Of a stretch of DNA of 64,000 nt, positions 14,898-25,440 are shown one piece after another. The notes below the pieces were generated by a model. That model made no database searches. It worked only from the letters and a program-made list of their open reading frames with translations, and was not told the origin of the DNA. Numbering within the stretch: the first letter of the stretch is position 1; each line of letters opens with the position of its first letter. The position numbers and the translations under genes are program-made. This DNA is from a virus: IMG/VR virus record IMGVR_UViG_3300042508_000910; one strand, 5' to 3'.

Positions 14898-16181
14898 ATG
14901 CCCAAAAATAGAATATTATATAATTGTCAGAGCATTTATGTTGGTCCAAGTCCAAGCTCTGGATACCATTTTATAGATATTAATGGTAATTTAAATAATA
15001 CTATCGAGGCTTCGAATACTAATTTTAATCTAATCAAAAGAATAACTCGTGCCACAAATCTAGGCTATACAATTAGCCTTAACCGAGAAGAGATCAAACA
15101 GATGGGACAATCAACTATAGCTGCACATCCAATTATTAAAAATCCAAATGTGCAAGTTGATTTTGAATACTATCCTAATGGAGTTATTAATGAACTAAGA
15201 CTTGGCTTAAATGCTAATTATACTCAAATTAGTGGCATTAATTCTGGTCAACCATATTATCAAAATAATTTTAATAATTTTATTTTTTCTGGTATGACTA
15301 ATTATGATACCAATGTTCAACCAGCAGAAGAACCTTATTGGCCTTCGAACAATAGATCTGTAAGAAATATTTTTGCAACAGTTACAAAAACTGAAAATGA
15401 TGATGAAATTTTTATCAACGATTTAAATACTCCAACGCAAAATTTTAGAAATCAAAATGTTATTGCTTTTGGTGATGCGTATATGGTATCTTATAATACA
15501 AACTGCACGATAGGAGCATTACCAACTGTAAGGACTTCTTTTATAGCAGACAATATAGTTTTTTATACTGGATCTAGTGGACTTGGTATACCAGCTATCT
15601 CACCAAAGAGCGGAAACCAATTATCAGATATTAAATTTGTTATACCAGCAGAACCAGATATTCAAGATATTTCTGTTATTGTGCCAGGAGATATTTCTAT
15701 TGATATAGAACAAACAGGAATAGATTCTAGCGTATCTATGAATAATATTACTGGTCTCGGTGTTAAATTCTCTGATATTAAAATACAAAATTATTCTATT
15801 GATATTAAATTTGATCGCGAAGATATGGAATCCATAGGCTACAAAGCTCCAGCTTCAAGAAGAATTAATTTTCCAGTAAGGGTTGATTTAGATTTTACAA
15901 GTTTGGCTGGTGATGAATCTGCAGCAAATCTAAAAGATCTTATAGTTAAAGATGATAAATATAATATATCACTCAAAATGAAAAAGCGAGGAACAAACGA
16001 AGAAATTTTAAGGTATGATTTTAAGAAAGCATTTTTAGAAGATTTTGCATATGCGTCTTCTATAGATAATAATAGATCAATTAATTTCTCTTTTAGATCT
16101 TATTGTGCGCCAGATGATTTATCTCAAGGATTATTTATAAGTGGACAGATACCAAATCAGAATTTAAGAGTACCATATTAA
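14898..16181 (+). CDS. Tail tube-like protein, paralog of 39145..40245
   Basis: NRILYNCQSIYVGPSP / KIQNYSI..KFDRE / R.INFPV.V align by eye with the tail tube. Confidence 0.7.
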   Translation: MPKNRILYNCQSIYVGPSPSSGYHFIDINGNLNNTIEASNTNFNLIKRITRATNLGYTISLNREEIKQMGQSTIAAHPIIKNPNVQVDFEYYPNGVINELRLGLNANYTQISGINSGQPYYQNNFNNFIFSGMTNYDTNVQPAEEPYWPSNNRSVRNIFATVTKTENDDEIFINDLNTPTQNFRNQNVIAFGDAYMVSYNTNCTIGALPTVRTSFIADNIVFYTGSSGLGIPAISPKSGNQLSDIKFVIPAEPDIQDISVIVPGDISIDIEQTGIDSSVSMNNITGLGVKFSDIKIQNYSIDIKFDREDMESIGYKAPASRRINFPVRVDLDFTSLAGDESAANLKDLIVKDDKYNISLKMKKRGTNEEILRYDFKKAFLEDFAYASSIDNNRSINFSFRSYCAPDDLSQGLFISGQIPNQNLRVPY

Positions 16182-16229
16182 TATTAGAATTAATGCTTTT
16201 TTAAGCCTATAATTATAGTGTAATATACT

Positions 16230-16529
16230 ATGAAACATATGCTATCTAAATTATTTGGCCCAAATTGGAGATCCTCAACATCAGGAATCGTAACAGTCGT
16301 AGCCGTGGCCACAGCTTTTGCAATTCACGGAGACAATTCTCTAGTTGCATTTTTACCAGATAAAGCGGAAGAATACATAGTTGGAATTTCTAAACTTATC
16401 GCAGTTGTTAGTGGTATAGTTTTTGCTCTTACAGTAAAAGATGCTGCTGTTACTGGCGGTAAAGTAGCTCAAACAAAAGAAGCTAAAAAGAGAATAAAAA
16501 AAGAAGTTGGACATGGAGAAAATATATGA
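16230..16529 (+). CDS. Putative holin
   Basis: Two TM segments, NWRSS.SG and KDAAVTGG motifs, basic tail; heads the lysis cluster. Confidence 0.6.
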   Translation: MKHMLSKLFGPNWRSSTSGIVTVVAVATAFAIHGDNSLVAFLPDKAEEYIVGISKLIAVVSGIVFALTVKDAAVTGGKVAQTKEAKKRIKKEVGHGENI

Positions 16530-16984
16530 ATAAATTAAATCTAATTGCTATTGCCCTTATGGGTATTTTTATGATCGGTTGCTCTACAACAAATACTGGT
16601 GTAGATAATCAAGTTGGCGGAACAACTGCAGTAGAGAATGCTCTACCTTATATTAAGCCAGCGGTAATGCTTGCTTGCACAGTAGTTCTTGAGCAAGCTC
16701 TTTCTCCAGAAGATCGTGTTGAAAAGGCAAAGATGATTAATCATGTTGCTACAGTCGTAGAGAGTCTCACAATTGGTCAAACCCCAACACCAGATCAACT
16801 TCAAAAAGCTCTAACAGATTATCTTCCAGCAGAAAAAACTCATTGGGCAAAATATATTGTTGCAGTTAAAGATATTTATGCTGCACAATTTGCTAAACTA
16901 AACGGAGACGCTGCTCTTGCTGTAAAAGTTCTTAATGCAATCGCCGCAGGTTGCAAAGATGCTACAGCAGAATACGTAGACTAA
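16526..16984 (+). CDS. Lipoprotein
   Basis: Signal peptide with MIG-C lipobox. Confidence 0.7.
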   Translation: MNKLNLIAIALMGIFMIGCSTTNTGVDNQVGGTTAVENALPYIKPAVMLACTVVLEQALSPEDRVEKAKMINHVATVVESLTIGQTPTPDQLQKALTDYLPAEKTHWAKYIVAVKDIYAAQFAKLNGDAALAVKVLNAIAAGCKDATAEYVD

Positions 16985-17185
16985 ATGCCAACAGGAATTG
17001 TACAAGCTTTTTTAAGTGCAGTTTCTGGAATATTCTCAGCAATTAATAATCTTTTTGGCGCAAAAAATACCAAAGAAATGAAAGAGCGTGATCAAGCGCG
17101 CAAAGAAGTTGAGCACCAAAGTGAGATAGAGCAAGAAATTAAGGAGAAAGATCTTGAAAAGATTCGTAAACGTATTGGCTCTTAA
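16985..17185 (+). CDS. Putative i-spanin-like protein
   Basis: Hydrophobic N-terminus plus charged coiled coil; overlaps the next lipoprotein gene. Confidence 0.45.
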   Translation: MPTGIVQAFLSAVSGIFSAINNLFGAKNTKEMKERDQARKEVEHQSEIEQEIKEKDLEKIRKRIGS

Positions 17186-17570
17186 CTTCCTTCTTGTTGG
17201 CTGTGCAACAGTAACACCAGATAAGATACAAGATAGTACTGCGTCTTATGATGCATCAACTCCTTCTCAGTATAATCAAGATAATGGTGGTGTTATAGCT
17301 TTATTAGAAAATGGCGCAGTCATTACTAATCAAGCAAAAGATCGTTACAATAAATTAATAGAAATGTATAAAGTAAAATTTAAAAAAGAAAAAGCTATTG
17401 AATTAGTAGAAAATGCTGGAATACAACCATATAAAGATCGCTATGGAAATGATTTATTTTTAATTGATAATGAACATCTTGTTTATTTTGGAGTAATGAA
17501 CTCTTGGTTAAAAGAAAAAGTTCCAGCAGATAACATCATAGATAAAACAATAGATAAAATAAATAATTAA
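17154..17570 (+). CDS. Lipoprotein, putative o-spanin-like
   Basis: LLVG-C lipobox; overlaps the 3' end of the previous gene. Confidence 0.55.
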   Translation: MKRFVNVLALNFLLVGCATVTPDKIQDSTASYDASTPSQYNQDNGGVIALLENGAVITNQAKDRYNKLIEMYKVKFKKEKAIELVENAGIQPYKDRYGNDLFLIDNEHLVYFGVMNSWLKEKVPADNIIDKTIDKINN

Positions 17571-17572
17571 TA

Positions 17573-17962
17573 ATGGGCAAGTTATCAATTCCTAATAATA
17601 GGTATCTTTATATAGTTAGAGGCGTTGGATTATCTCCAGATATAAATGGTTTAAAATTCTATGATAGTAATTTAATAAGTGAATCTGCTCCTATTTTTTA
17701 TGCATCAGATTTGAGTTATAAATTACAAAGAGCAAGAGTTTTTTCTAATTTTTATGTTTGGAATATGTATAAATTTAATTATCCAACTGATCAAACCAAT
17801 TGGTGGAGAACGAATTTAATTCCAGACATATCTTTAACACCAGATCTTGAATATTCTACGCCAAACAATGGAGCAGTAGGAACGCCAGTAATATATGCTT
17901 TATCTAATAAGATTTCTCTTAAGAAACAAAATCTTGGCGGAGGAAAATTAAATTTAAATTAA
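17573..17962 (+). CDS. Hypothetical protein
   Basis: ORF track; tight operon spacing. Confidence 0.6.
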   Translation: MGKLSIPNNRYLYIVRGVGLSPDINGLKFYDSNLISESAPIFYASDLSYKLQRARVFSNFYVWNMYKFNYPTDQTNWWRTNLIPDISLTPDLEYSTPNNGAVGTPVIYALSNKISLKKQNLGGGKLNLN

Positions 17963-17963
17963 A

Positions 17964-18656
17964 ATGCTTAACAATAAATCTTTAAAACTTATATTTGATT
18001 TTGAAGTTGGTGGTGGCGAAAATTACTACAATAAATTTTTAAAAAATCCAACTTGGCCAGGAGAGCAAAGTGGGGTTACAATTGGGGTAGGTTATGATGT
18101 TGGATATGTAAATAAAACTGAATTTTCTAACGACTGGAAAGATCTTCCTAAAGAAACTTTTGACAGACTTTATCGTGTCGTTGGAGTAAAAGGTTATCAA
18201 GCAAAAGAATTGGCACGTAGACTAAAAGATATAAAGATACCTTGGGATATGTCTGTGAAAGTATTTTTAAATAAAACAGTAAAGAAATTTTATGATCTTA
18301 CTCAAACTACATTCCCTAATTTTGATAAACTTCCAGAAGATGCCAAAGGTGGATTAGTTAGTCTTGTATTTAATCGAGGCGCGGCCTTAGAAGGAGATCG
18401 TAGGCGTGAGATGAAAACTATTCGCGATATTATGGCTAGGACACAGATCTTTGATCAAAAAACTTTATCTTTAATTGCGAATCAGATTCGTAATATGAAA
18501 AGGATATGGATTGGCGGAAGTATAGAAAAAGGTATGAGTCGTAGAAGAGATGCTGAAGCTAAAATAATAGAAGAAGCACTAGCAAATGCAGTAATTAATC
18601 CAAAAGATAATATAATCGCCTCAGATAAGATAATCTCTGATAAATTTAAAAACTAA
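17964..18656 (+). CDS. Endolysin (lysozyme fold, pesticin-C/GH24-like)
   Basis: FEVGG, SGVTIGVGYDVG, LVSLVFNRG and G..RRR.AEA motifs. Confidence 0.85.
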   Translation: MLNNKSLKLIFDFEVGGGENYYNKFLKNPTWPGEQSGVTIGVGYDVGYVNKTEFSNDWKDLPKETFDRLYRVVGVKGYQAKELARRLKDIKIPWDMSVKVFLNKTVKKFYDLTQTTFPNFDKLPEDAKGGLVSLVFNRGAALEGDRRREMKTIRDIMARTQIFDQKTLSLIANQIRNMKRIWIGGSIEKGMSRRRDAEAKIIEEALANAVINPKDNIIASDKIISDKFKN

Positions 18657-18675
18657 TAGTTGTGTAATCTAACTT

Positions 18676-18822
18676 ATGAGATTACTTTTAATTTTGCCGC
18701 TATTTTTATTAGTTTCTTGCTCTGAGCCAAATTACGAGAGTCGAGAATTACCAACAAAATATCCTGATACTCCAACAAGTGGAGCAGCTTATGATGCTAC
18801 CGAAGAATTATATAAAAAATGA
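18676..18822 (+). CDS. Small lipoprotein (48 aa)
   Basis: Read manually: MRLLLILPLFLLVS-C...; GTGTAA 14 nt upstream; ATGA overlap with next gene. Confidence 0.6.
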   Translation: MRLLLILPLFLLVSCSEPNYESRELPTKYPDTPTSGAAYDATEELYKK

Positions 18823-20840
18823 ATATTAAAATAGGCAAAGGTGGAAGTGGTAAGATTAATTCTACTAAAAGTGGCGGTGGAAAATTAAATGAAAAAAAAT
18901 ACATAGATCTTTTACCACCAACTTTTATAAGCAAAGTTACATTATCTGGTGGAACATATAGTAATGGAATCTATACTAGAAATTCTGGTGGAACAACAAC
19001 TTTTGATGGACCAGATGGTAAGACAATCATTTGGAATGGATTAGATAGATGGAGAGCGTATGACCCAGATTATGTTGGAGGAAATGATCCAACATTTGAA
19101 TCATTTGATCTAATTACTTGGATTCAGGCAGAAGCGCCTGGAAATTTACCAATTGGTGTAACAGAAAATTCTTTAACTTTTCTTTTTGATCCAGTTTTTT
19201 ATAAAAGTCAAATACAAAATGAAAGATATAAGATTTTATTACAAGGTTGTTCTTTAGATTATGTAAATGGAATATATAGTTTAAGTTTAGATGTGGGACT
19301 CTATAATGGTCGTGGATATTATATAAAAGATGATGATCAAGCTATGGTTATCTACTATGAAGCAGGAAATTGGTATATTTATGATGAGGATGAAAGAGAC
19401 TATACTAGTCTATTTTATAAAATTGAAGGAGGAGGGAATACAACAACTAGACCATTTGTTTTAGATTGGTCAACTCCTGATGGCGGAGATGCTTATGACG
19501 ATGGTCAAACTCCACCAGCAATGGGTGAGTATTTAAATCAACAATATAAAAATGGTGGAAGACTAGATCCTGCTTTTCTAGAACAAATTCGAGATTATCA
19601 AATAGATAATACTGTTCCAAATCAAGGACTTAATCCACTTTCTCCGCAACATATTGCTGGTGCAGCTTTTAATACAAAAAAAGGTCAAATAAAAAATAAT
19701 ACATTTTCATATATAAAATATTCTGATAATAGTGATGTTGAAGCTAAGAAATTAAATAAATGGTATGGTTCAATTTACAGCACAAATCCTCCTGTAGATA
19801 GCAAATGGCCATTATTAAAAATAAATAGAAATGATAGTCAAAATATTTTTTCGATTGGAGGAGGCGTATTCTCTACATTAAATATGTTTGTAAGATTACA
19901 GCGCCCAGTTTCTCATAAGAATCCAGACAATGGATATATTGTGAGAGAAAAAAGAGGAATTTTTTGCACTTCAAGGTCTCAAAATAATACTCCATTTTCT
20001 ATAGGATATCGTTCTCCATATTATAATATAGTTGGAAGACCTAGCTATAAAAGTGTTTTTAATAATTTTAGTTTTGTTTTTAGTTTTGGTCATTTTGGTT
20101 ATAGTGAAACTTTTAATAGACCAATTTCTTTTAATCTTATGACAGATTATAAATTTAATTTTGGCGAGATGTATATGTTAACAATTAGATCCAATGATAC
20201 TTATATAGAAATTTATATAAATGGTGAACTTCAAAGTATTGCATTAGCGCCTTCTAATCCTCTTGTTAATCCGAGTTATTATGCTCAGTTCGATGAACTA
20301 CTTATTGATGGAGGAGATTATGGGAATGGATATTATACCCGTGTCGCAGGAGGTACAACAACTTTTGATGGACCAGATGGAAAATACATTGAATGGGCAG
20401 GATCTTTTTGGTATCTTTGGGATCCAGCAGATCCAGAATATTCCAATGGTGTACCTTCATATGGTTCATCTGATTTAATTACATGGTTTGTAGAAGGAGC
20501 GATTAATCCACCTAATGGTACTTTCACTAGAAAAATACAATATAGAAAACTTTATAAAGATCGTCGTGATGAGATACCTCTTGGTCCAGGTTTTTATAAA
20601 AAAGATGGAACAATCTATCCTCATACAAATACACAATTCTATTTTAATAATACTTTCAATTTTAATTATTTAATATTCGGTAAATCAGCTTTATCTCATG
20701 GAATAAGACTTTTTAATTCAAAAAAGAAAAGAAGATACCTCAACAATTTAGATATTGGTGTAATTAATTCGTATAGCACTGCTCTTTCTCAGACTGAAAT
20801 TTCTCAGATTTATAATAATTTTAGATATAGATATATCTAA
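18819..20840 (+). CDS. Virion-associated protein with LamG/ConA-like C-terminal region and internal repeats
   Basis: IYINGEL and YSTALSQTEISQIYN; duplicated GGTTTFDGPDGK module. Confidence 0.65.
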   Translation: MNIKIGKGGSGKINSTKSGGGKLNEKKYIDLLPPTFISKVTLSGGTYSNGIYTRNSGGTTTFDGPDGKTIIWNGLDRWRAYDPDYVGGNDPTFESFDLITWIQAEAPGNLPIGVTENSLTFLFDPVFYKSQIQNERYKILLQGCSLDYVNGIYSLSLDVGLYNGRGYYIKDDDQAMVIYYEAGNWYIYDEDERDYTSLFYKIEGGGNTTTRPFVLDWSTPDGGDAYDDGQTPPAMGEYLNQQYKNGGRLDPAFLEQIRDYQIDNTVPNQGLNPLSPQHIAGAAFNTKKGQIKNNTFSYIKYSDNSDVEAKKLNKWYGSIYSTNPPVDSKWPLLKINRNDSQNIFSIGGGVFSTLNMFVRLQRPVSHKNPDNGYIVREKRGIFCTSRSQNNTPFSIGYRSPYYNIVGRPSYKSVFNNFSFVFSFGHFGYSETFNRPISFNLMTDYKFNFGEMYMLTIRSNDTYIEIYINGELQSIALAPSNPLVNPSYYAQFDELLIDGGDYGNGYYTRVAGGTTTFDGPDGKYIEWAGSFWYLWDPADPEYSNGVPSYGSSDLITWFVEGAINPPNGTFTRKIQYRKLYKDRRDEIPLGPGFYKKDGTIYPHTNTQFYFNNTFNFNYLIFGKSALSHGIRLFNSKKKRRYLNNLDIGVINSYSTALSQTEISQIYNNFRYRYI

Positions 20841-20969
20841 CAAAAGACTTGATCCAGTTCGCTGGTAGAATAGATAACACCAAGCGTGGTAAAATAGATT
20901 AGCATAATGTTCTATCCGTTATGCTAATTTTAATTTAATTTAAATCCTTAATAAGTGTATAATATATAA

Positions 20970-21389
20970 ATGAGCATAAACAATCCCGATAATTTCGGCT
21001 TTGAGCCTATAAAAGCCGCCAGATCTGGTCCAAAATCATCCGCTCAAACTCCTGCTAAACCTAGCGAAAGGAGAAAGGGCTCGTCTAAAAATAAACCAGG
21101 AAGTGCTGGTACTAAAAGCGACAAAGCTATTGAATTTTCTAAGAAAGTAATAGAAGCTCTTCAAAATAAAGTAAAAGAACACAATAGTAAAAATAAGAAA
21201 AAAGTAACTCTTGGTCAATTAAAGAAAGTCTTTAGAAGAGGCGCAGGAGCATATAGTACCTCTCATAGGCCAGGAATTTCAAGAACTGCTTGGGGATTAG
21301 CAAGGGTGAATGCATTTCTTAGAATGGTTAGAGGTGGAAAAGTCAAAGATTCTTATCGTCAAGCAGATAAAGATTTAATGTCAAAATGA
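20970..21389 (+). CDS. Conserved basic phage protein
   Basis: [19 protein letters not shown]...[10 protein letters not shown] motif; head-gene neighbourhood. Confidence 0.75.
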   Translation: MSINNPDNFGFEPIKAARSGPKSSAQTPAKPSERRKGSSKNKPGSAGTKSDKAIEFSKKVIEALQNKVKEHNSKNKKKVTLGQLKKVFRRGAGAYSTSHRPGISRTAWGLARVNAFLRMVRGGKVKDSYRQADKDLMSK

Positions 21390-21913
21390 ATAATAAATTT
21401 AAAAGAGGAGATTTTAATTCTGTAACTCAAAAATATTTTTGGAGTTATATCAATGAACGCAGAGAATACTGGATAAATTTAGATAAATTTAATGAATATA
21501 AAAATCGTCAAAAAACAAAAGAATATAAAGATAAAAAAAAGACATCTGATGCAAACTATAGACCAATTGCCAATTTAAAAAGAAAATTAAAATATCAAAA
21601 TGATATAAATTATAAAAATAGAGTTTTAAATAAAAATAGATTAACTAGAAAGAAAAAAGCTTTAAGAACTCTAGAGCAATTAGCAAAACATGCAAATTAT
21701 CAAAGAGCAAGAGACGCAAGAATGAAATCGCCTAAAATATTAAAAGATTTTTGTCAAATATTTTATGATACAGCTAAATATTTTGAATCTATAACAGGTA
21801 AAAAATATCATGTAGATCATATTGTTCCTTTATCTAAAGGTGGGGTTCATGTTCCTTGGAATCTACAAGTTTTAACGGCGGAGGAGAATATTAAAAAATC
21901 TAATAATATATGA
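21386..21913 (+). CDS. HNH endonuclease
   Basis: [33 protein letters not shown]. Confidence 0.9.
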   Translation: MNNKFKRGDFNSVTQKYFWSYINERREYWINLDKFNEYKNRQKTKEYKDKKKTSDANYRPIANLKRKLKYQNDINYKNRVLNKNRLTRKKKALRTLEQLAKHANYQRARDARMKSPKILKDFCQIFYDTAKYFESITGKKYHVDHIVPLSKGGVHVPWNLQVLTAEENIKKSNNI

Positions 21914-22089
21914 AAAAAAATGAAATAGAAATAGACGCTGCAGAGAATATAGAAATAAATGATCAAGATTTACAAGAAGCTCTTGCGGATATAGAAAAAT
22001 ATCAATTAAATGATTTTGATTTTGATAGCGTCGAAGAACTTTATCTCGATGATGAGAGTGACGGACAAATTTACGGTTTCGAATTTTAA
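21910..22089 (+). CDS. Small acidic protein (59 aa)
   Basis: Read manually; ATGA overlap; D/E-rich. Confidence 0.55.
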   Translation: MKKNEIEIDAAENIEINDQDLQEALADIEKYQLNDFDFDSVEELYLDDESDGQIYGFEF

Positions 22090-22101
22090 GAGGATAAAAA
22101 T

Positions 22102-23655
22102 ATGGACACAAAATACACAACAATTTTTAGCTCTGAACTAAAATGTATAGTTTCAGAGGAAAAAGATTTGCATCTTAGCGTAGCTTCTCTAGATAGTCTA
22201 AGAGCATTTCTTCCAAATATTGATACTGATAAAAATATAGATTTATTGCCAATCTCGACAAATGCTTTTGTTGCTGGCAGAGTTAATCGTAATGGTGATG
22301 TTGTAGATAATAAAACAGCAGTAGAGATTGCAAAATATTTTGTTAATAAGCCAATTAATCTTGAACATAATCGTACTCAAGTAGTTGGTTGTATTTTAAA
22401 TTATGGTTTTAATACTTTTGGTAGCGAAGAACCAATGACAGAAGAACAAGCTCTTAACAGCAAAGATCCATTTAATGTTGCTCTTGGTGGTGTTATGTGG
22501 AAAGTTGTTAATAAAGATCTAGCTAATCTTGTTGAAGAAAGCAACGATCCAACTAGTCCAAATTATATGAGAGTTAGCGCAAGTTGGGAACTTGGTTTTA
22601 ATGAGTATCAATTTGTCGTATTAGATAATGATAAGAAGAACATTATGGAAGGTAGAATCATAGAAGATGTTGATGAAATGGAAAAATTAAAGTCCAAATC
22701 TAGAGCTTTTGGTGGAACAGGCATGCTACCAAATGGTCAAAAAATATATAGACTTGTAACTGGTAATATTATACCACTAGGTATAGGTCTGACAGGTACT
22801 CCAGCAGCAGATGTAGTAGGAGTTGCCACAAACGAGAAGAAGCCTGATTTAGCTATTTTATCCCTTAAAAAGGATGATGAAGAAGGCGAAAATGAAGAGA
22901 ATGAATCAGAAGCTAAAACTGATGAAAAAATTAGTATTTCACAAAATACAGATTTAAATGTAAATTCAGATAATAAGAATAATAATATTATGAAAATAAC
23001 CAAAATCGAAGATATTACAGCTGAATCCCTTAAGGAGATTCAAGCCTCTCAAGTTGCAGAATTCATCGCAGAAGAAATTAAAAAAGCTTCTGACGTTTTT
23101 CTTGCTGAAAAGAATGAAAAAGATGAAGCTATCAAAGCTGCAACAGAAAAATACGAAGCTCTTACTAAAGATAACGCAACAGTAAAAGAAGAACTAGAAA
23201 AAGTAAAAGCTACTCTAGCTGCCCTCGAAGAAGAGAAAGCCGCTAAGATTCGTGAAGAAGTTTTCAATGTTCGTATGGCCTCTTTTGATGAGGAATACGA
23301 TCTATCTGATGAAGATCGTCAAGTTCTTGCAACAGATATTAAAGATTTAAATGACGAAAGTTTTGCTGCTTATAAAAATAAGATGACAGTTCTTATGAAA
23401 GAAAAAAGTAAGGCTGTTAAAAAAGCAAAAATGGCAAAAGAAGCTGAGATGAAAGAAAAAGAAAAAGCTATGGCTACTGAAGTAGTAGCTAAAGTTGAAA
23501 TCAAAGCTTCTGATGCTAAAGAAGTAGTCAATCAAGCTTTAGACAATGGTATCAAGCAGGTAACAGATGTTCCTGCTACTGCCACTGCTAATGAACCTTC
23601 CTTGTACGATAGGTACAAGAAAGCTTTTAGCATCGAAGGTTTTAATGTATCATAA
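22102..23655 (+). CDS. Prohead protease / scaffold fusion
   Basis: NRNGD, KPINLEH, SASWEL and GIGLTGTPAA in the N-half; coiled-coil C-half; upstream of capsid genes. Confidence 0.75.
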   Translation: MDTKYTTIFSSELKCIVSEEKDLHLSVASLDSLRAFLPNIDTDKNIDLLPISTNAFVAGRVNRNGDVVDNKTAVEIAKYFVNKPINLEHNRTQVVGCILNYGFNTFGSEEPMTEEQALNSKDPFNVALGGVMWKVVNKDLANLVEESNDPTSPNYMRVSASWELGFNEYQFVVLDNDKKNIMEGRIIEDVDEMEKLKSKSRAFGGTGMLPNGQKIYRLVTGNIIPLGIGLTGTPAADVVGVATNEKKPDLAILSLKKDDEEGENEENESEAKTDEKISISQNTDLNVNSDNKNNNIMKITKIEDITAESLKEIQASQVAEFIAEEIKKASDVFLAEKNEKDEAIKAATEKYEALTKDNATVKEELEKVKATLAALEEEKAAKIREEVFNVRMASFDEEYDLSDEDRQVLATDIKDLNDESFAAYKNKMTVLMKEKSKAVKKAKMAKEAEMKEKEKAMATEVVAKVEIKASDAKEVVNQALDNGIKQVTDVPATATANEPSLYDRYKKAFSIEGFNVS

Positions 23656-23674
23656 TATATAGGAGAAAAAATAT

Positions 23675-24232
23675 ATGGCATACAGCTCAAATACAACACT
23701 AATTAAGCCATTTCGCAGCTATGACGAACATGATGTCGTCAATTTGTTTGCGTTTGATGGCACAACCAACAAAGGAACACTTGTAAAAGTAAGTACTGGT
23801 TGGTCAAATACAGATGCTAACGGTGGCATTACTCCAGTTGCAAATCCACATGCTGCAACTTATAATGGCACAGTTAGTCAATATCATGTTTTAACACCAC
23901 GCGTTACAGAGGCTGGAACAGGTGATGCTGCTATCCTCGGTGTCGTTCTAAACGATGTACGTCTAACTGACGACAACGGTGAGTATCTAATTTACAAGCC
24001 AGCTCGCGCTGCTGAACTAAGTGCAGTAGCTTCGGGCCAAGCTGTTCCAGTTCTAACCAAAGGTCTTGTTCTTTACAAGGCTGCTGGTATTAGCGCTGGC
24101 AACAAGGCTTTCGCAAATGGTAACGGAGCAATCTCTGGTGCAGCCACAGTTCCTGCTGGTCGCGCTGAAATTGGTAAGTTCCTAGGAGCCACTGATAGTG
24201 ATGGCTTTGCTCTACTCAAACTAGAGCTCTAA
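23675..24232 (+). CDS. Putative capsid decoration/cement protein
   Basis: Between scaffold and capsid; AGGAG RBS; Gly/Ala-rich beta protein. Confidence 0.6.
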   Translation: MAYSSNTTLIKPFRSYDEHDVVNLFAFDGTTNKGTLVKVSTGWSNTDANGGITPVANPHAATYNGTVSQYHVLTPRVTEAGTGDAAILGVVLNDVRLTDDNGEYLIYKPARAAELSAVASGQAVPVLTKGLVLYKAAGISAGNKAFANGNGAISGAATVPAGRAEIGKFLGATDSDGFALLKLEL

Positions 24233-24251
24233 TTCATAGGAGAAATTTAAA

Positions 24252-25421
24252 ATGAAATTAAAACTCAAAAATACACCAGAGCAAGTTGAACTCATCAAAG
24301 CTATGGGTTCCCGTAATGGTACAGAGAGCCGCGAAGCCCTAGAAGCTTTTGCAGCTTTTGTTGGACCAGTCGTACAAAAGGTTCTTAATGAAACCGCTCT
24401 ATCTTCTGCCCTCTACACTGATATGGCATTTGATGAAGACGACAGTCCTTCTATCCCACTAGATCTATACTACAACGAAGATGCAGGTCTTATCTCCGTA
24501 TGGAGTCAAAACGTAGCAGGTGGTCTTCCAACTTCTACAGTTGACGTTCCAGTACAAGAGATGAAATTCAGCACCTATCGTCTAGATAGTGCAGTTTCTT
24601 TTGCAAAACGTTATGCTCGTAAGAGCCGTCTAGACGTAGTAAGCAAAGCTATCGAGCGCATGACCCAAGAAGTTCTTGTTAAACAAGAGCGTAATGCTTG
24701 GGCCGTAGTACTCAAAGCAGTTGCTGAAGCAGCCACAAAGAATGGCAAAGCCGCTTCTGTAGGTTCTACAGGATCTCTTCGTCATGTAGTTCATAGCGCT
24801 GGCTCAACAACTGCTGCTGCATTTAATCTAGGAGCTTTAAACACTCTTCTAACACGCATGAAGAGAGTTAGTCAAAGCTTTGCAGGTGGCACAGCTGCTG
24901 AAACTCGTGGAGTAACAGATCTTTTTGTTAGTCCAGAAGTTAAGGCTGCTATCAGATCTTTTGCTTATAACCCATTGTTCACAACAACAATCGGCACAGC
25001 TCAACAAACTCAACTACCAGAAGCTGTCCGCGAAGAAATCTATCGTGGTTCTGGTACAGAAGAGATCTATGGCATCACAATTACTGAACTATTAGAACTT
25101 GGTCTTAACCAAAGATACAATACTCTATTCGGCACAGTATGGAATAATGCTGCTGCTCTAGGTACTGATACTGATGGATTCTATAAGAGTTCATTCACAA
25201 CTTCTAGTGAAGAGCTTATTATAGCAGTTGACGCTACTCGTGACGCATTTGTACGTCCAGTAGCTCGTCAAGCTGAGAGCGGTGGTCAATTCACTGTTCT
25301 ACCAGACGATCAATTCTACGCTGCTCGCCAAGACAAGACAGGCTTCTACGGATTCGTAGAAGAAGGTCGCGTTTGCTTGGACGCTCGCGCAGTAGGTGGT
25401 ATCGTACTAGGCTCAGAGTAA
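24252..25421 (+). CDS. Major capsid protein
   Basis: 389 aa, strong RBS, position after protease/scaffold and decoration gene, followed by a terminator. Confidence 0.75.
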   Translation: MKLKLKNTPEQVELIKAMGSRNGTESREALEAFAAFVGPVVQKVLNETALSSALYTDMAFDEDDSPSIPLDLYYNEDAGLISVWSQNVAGGLPTSTVDVPVQEMKFSTYRLDSAVSFAKRYARKSRLDVVSKAIERMTQEVLVKQERNAWAVVLKAVAEAATKNGKAASVGSTGSLRHVVHSAGSTTAAAFNLGALNTLLTRMKRVSQSFAGGTAAETRGVTDLFVSPEVKAAIRSFAYNPLFTTTIGTAQQTQLPEAVREEIYRGSGTEEIYGITITELLELGLNQRYNTLFGTVWNNAAALGTDTDGFYKSSFTTSSEELIIAVDATRDAFVRPVARQAESGGQFTVLPDDQFYAARQDKTGFYGFVEEGRVCLDARAVGGIVLGSE

Positions 25422-25440
25422 TTCTGACTAAGTAAGTTAT

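Noticed and set aside
20845-20935. Riboswitch or ncRNA after the LamG-like gene
   Set aside because: Only a CCAG-TTCG-CTGG hairpin and an ATTAGCATAA/TTATGCTAAT stem, compatible with a plain terminator; no recognisable aptamer
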